A stretch of DNA of 60,329 bases from assembly GCA_001803315.1 (NCBI GenBank), contig MHBQ01000039.1, positions 1-60,329 of the forward strand, written 5' to 3'. The notes under the pieces were generated by a model. It was not told the origin of the DNA and made no database searches. It worked only from the letters and a program-made list of their open reading frames with translations. How positions within the stretch are numbered: the stretch's first letter is position 1; every line of letters begins with the position of its first letter. Of the stretch, positions 58,823-60,329 are shown piece after piece. The DNA is from Lentisphaerae bacterium RIFOXYC12_FULL_60_16. GTDB taxonomy: Bacteria > Verrucomicrobiota > Kiritimatiellia > UBA8416 > YA12-FULL-60-10. The position numbers and the translations under genes are program-made.

Positions 58823-60163
58823 TCATATCGTGTCTTCATCAACATCTTCCTCTGGTACCAAGCCAGCAATTTGCTCGTCTGCCTGGGTAAATTGAATCTT
58901 CCCTTTCACAATCAATATCTTTACCAATGTGGGCACCGGGACGGTCGTCAGAACAGAAAGACAAACTATTGCATTGAAAAACGTCGCACTGATCATTTGA
59001 AGTTGCAAGGCTACGGCTGCGGCAGCCAGTGTGGCCGACAACTGGGGCACGGTCATCAACCCTGCACAAAGACCTTTCTTGTTTCCGAACCCGGACAGGC
59101 GCATCGCCAGCCAGCCGGAGGCAACCTTGCTTATTATCAAGCCAAACAACGTCGCACCGACAATCGCCGCATTTTCCCATGCTGACAATAGAATGCGAAG
59201 GTCGGTCTTCATTCCAATGGTAAGAAAAAGAAACGGAATGACAAAGCCGTAGCCGATCCCTTCTATCTTGCGATGAAGTACGTGACCTTGCTCCTGAAAC
59301 GCCCGAACCTCGACCATGGCCATGCCTGCAACGAAAGCGCTCACGATAATGCTTATGCCGATCAGTTCGCCGATAAAGACGATAGCCAGCAGCCCTGCTA
59401 GAAAGAAGGCTATACGCGCATCGTCATTGGGATGAAAACGGGAAAGAACCCGCCTCATGGCTTTGGGCAGAAGCCAAAGAGACAATGCAATGAAAGAGGC
59501 TATGACTGCTAAAAAGAGAACTGGAAACCATTTCCCTAAAACTTCGGGGCCGATATGGTCGAAGATCGAAATGCTTCCGGCGACTCGGCCCGGAATGGCA
59601 TGGCGTTTGAATTGGATACAGATCGCCAACAGAACCAAACTGGCAATATCCGTAATGACTGTTGATGCCAGGACAGCCACGCCGAAGCGGGTGTGGGTAA
59701 CTCTGAGTTCACGAATGACTGGAAACACGATGCCGACCGAGTGTGAAGCGAAAAGCGAGGCAAAAACCCATTTGCCTATGGTGTCTGAGGGCTCAAACAA
59801 TGCGTATACAGCAAAGCCGGCAGTGGCAGGAATGACAAAGGTGAGAAAGCTCAACCAGCCGACCGCCCGTTTCTCGGATTTAACAATCCGGATGTTGACC
59901 TCCATTCCCGCCAAGGCCATAAGAAAAATCAACCCGAGCAGCCCGAGCGCATCCAACACGACATAAATCTGCTCGGTCGGATAACCGCGCCCAAGAAAGC
60001 GGTTCAGATGTCTGATCAAGTCCAGTGAATTGGGGCCGATCACAATGCCAGTAAGCATTATGGCGACAACGGCAGGAATGTGCCATCTGCGAAGCAGTTG
60101 AGGCACAATCGCCACCAAAACCATCAGTACGAGAAAAATTATCAGAAACGTAAGACCTGCCAT
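58823..60163 (-). CDS. Cation:proton antiporter (CPA2), integron gene cassette
   Basis: GIVIGP, GLIFLMALAGME, AFVAG, PFLFLTIGM; lower GC; bounded by R' GTTCGCC and split R'' GGCTA|AC. Confidence 0.9.
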   Translation of the reverse strand: MAGLTFLIIFLVLMVLVAIVPQLLRRWHIPAVVAIMLTGIVIGPNSLDLIRHLNRFLGRGYPTEQIYVVLDALGLLGLIFLMALAGMEVNIRIVKSEKRAVGWLSFLTFVIPATAGFAVYALFEPSDTIGKWVFASLFASHSVGIVFPVIRELRVTHTRFGVAVLASTVITDIASLVLLAICIQFKRHAIPGRVAGSISIFDHIGPEVLGKWFPVLFLAVIASFIALSLWLLPKAMRRVLSRFHPNDDARIAFFLAGLLAIVFIGELIGISIIVSAFVAGMAMVEVRAFQEQGHVLHRKIEGIGYGFVIPFLFLTIGMKTDLRILLSAWENAAIVGATLFGLIISKVASGWLAMRLSGFGNKKGLCAGLMTVPQLSATLAAAAVALQLQMISATFFNAIVCLSVLTTVPVPTLVKILIVKGKIQFTQADEQIAGLVPEEDVDEDTI

Positions 60164-60186
60164 TACTAAATATCCTTTCTTTCACT

Positions 60187-60240
60187 GGCGAACTCCCGGC
60201 GTGTCCGGCGCGGGTCACCGCGTGCGGACGACGCCGTTGT
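60187..60240 (-). mobile_element. Integron attC site interrupted in R'' by a group II intron
   Basis: Plus strand GGCGAAC...CGGCGT/GTCCG/GCGCGG pairs with CCGCGT-G-CGGAC-G-ACGCCG (two extrahelical G) and ends TTGT|. Confidence 0.88.
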
Positions 60241-60329
60241 GTGCGCCCAGCATGGGCGCGTTGTAAATGGGGTGCAAGTCCCCGGTAGGAGGACCGACAC
60301 ATGAAAATGTGAAATAACTACCACTTGAA
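60241..60329 (+). mobile_element. Group IIC(-attC) intron 5' end (runs off window)
   Basis: GTGCGCCCAGCATGGGCGCG start directly after TTGT of the attC bottom-strand hairpin. Confidence 0.85.

Overview
High-GC bacterial chromosomal window; gene content and REP-type repeats suggest a PVC-superphylum organism (Kiritimatiellae/Lentisphaerae-like; inference only). Left to right: (1) 1-12.7 kb, a Cu/Ag efflux locus with an ECF sigma tail, anti-sigma, periplasmic metal sensor, TolC, YHS protein, CuA-type cupredoxin, stand-alone RnfD-like protein and CusB/CusA, plus four small Cys/His-rich lipoproteins, two of them below the ORF-track cutoff; it ends in a restriction-endonuclease pseudogene and an orphan cusA 3' end. 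(2) 13-25.3 kb, peptidase E, a 1376-aa secreted protein, a hybrid histidine kinase and a minimal GspE/2xGspF/pseudopilin cluster. (3) 25.4-26.5 kb, a degenerate integron cassette array (toxin-antitoxin cassette, attC, frameshifted pilin-like cassette) ending in a group II intron 3' remnant. (4) 26.9-35.8 kb, an AraC-linked amino-sugar cluster. (5) 35.9-58.4 kb, mostly core genes: proBA, etfBA, lemA/M48 protease, phoU-pstSCAB1B2, cstA, xylA-like, lipid kinase, HU and clpX-like. (6) 58.7-60.3 kb, an antiporter cassette between a group IIC intron 3' remnant and a canonical attC invaded by a group IIC intron 5' end. No integrase, tRNA, rRNA or CRISPR array was seen. All calls come from reading motifs by eye; no database searches were run.
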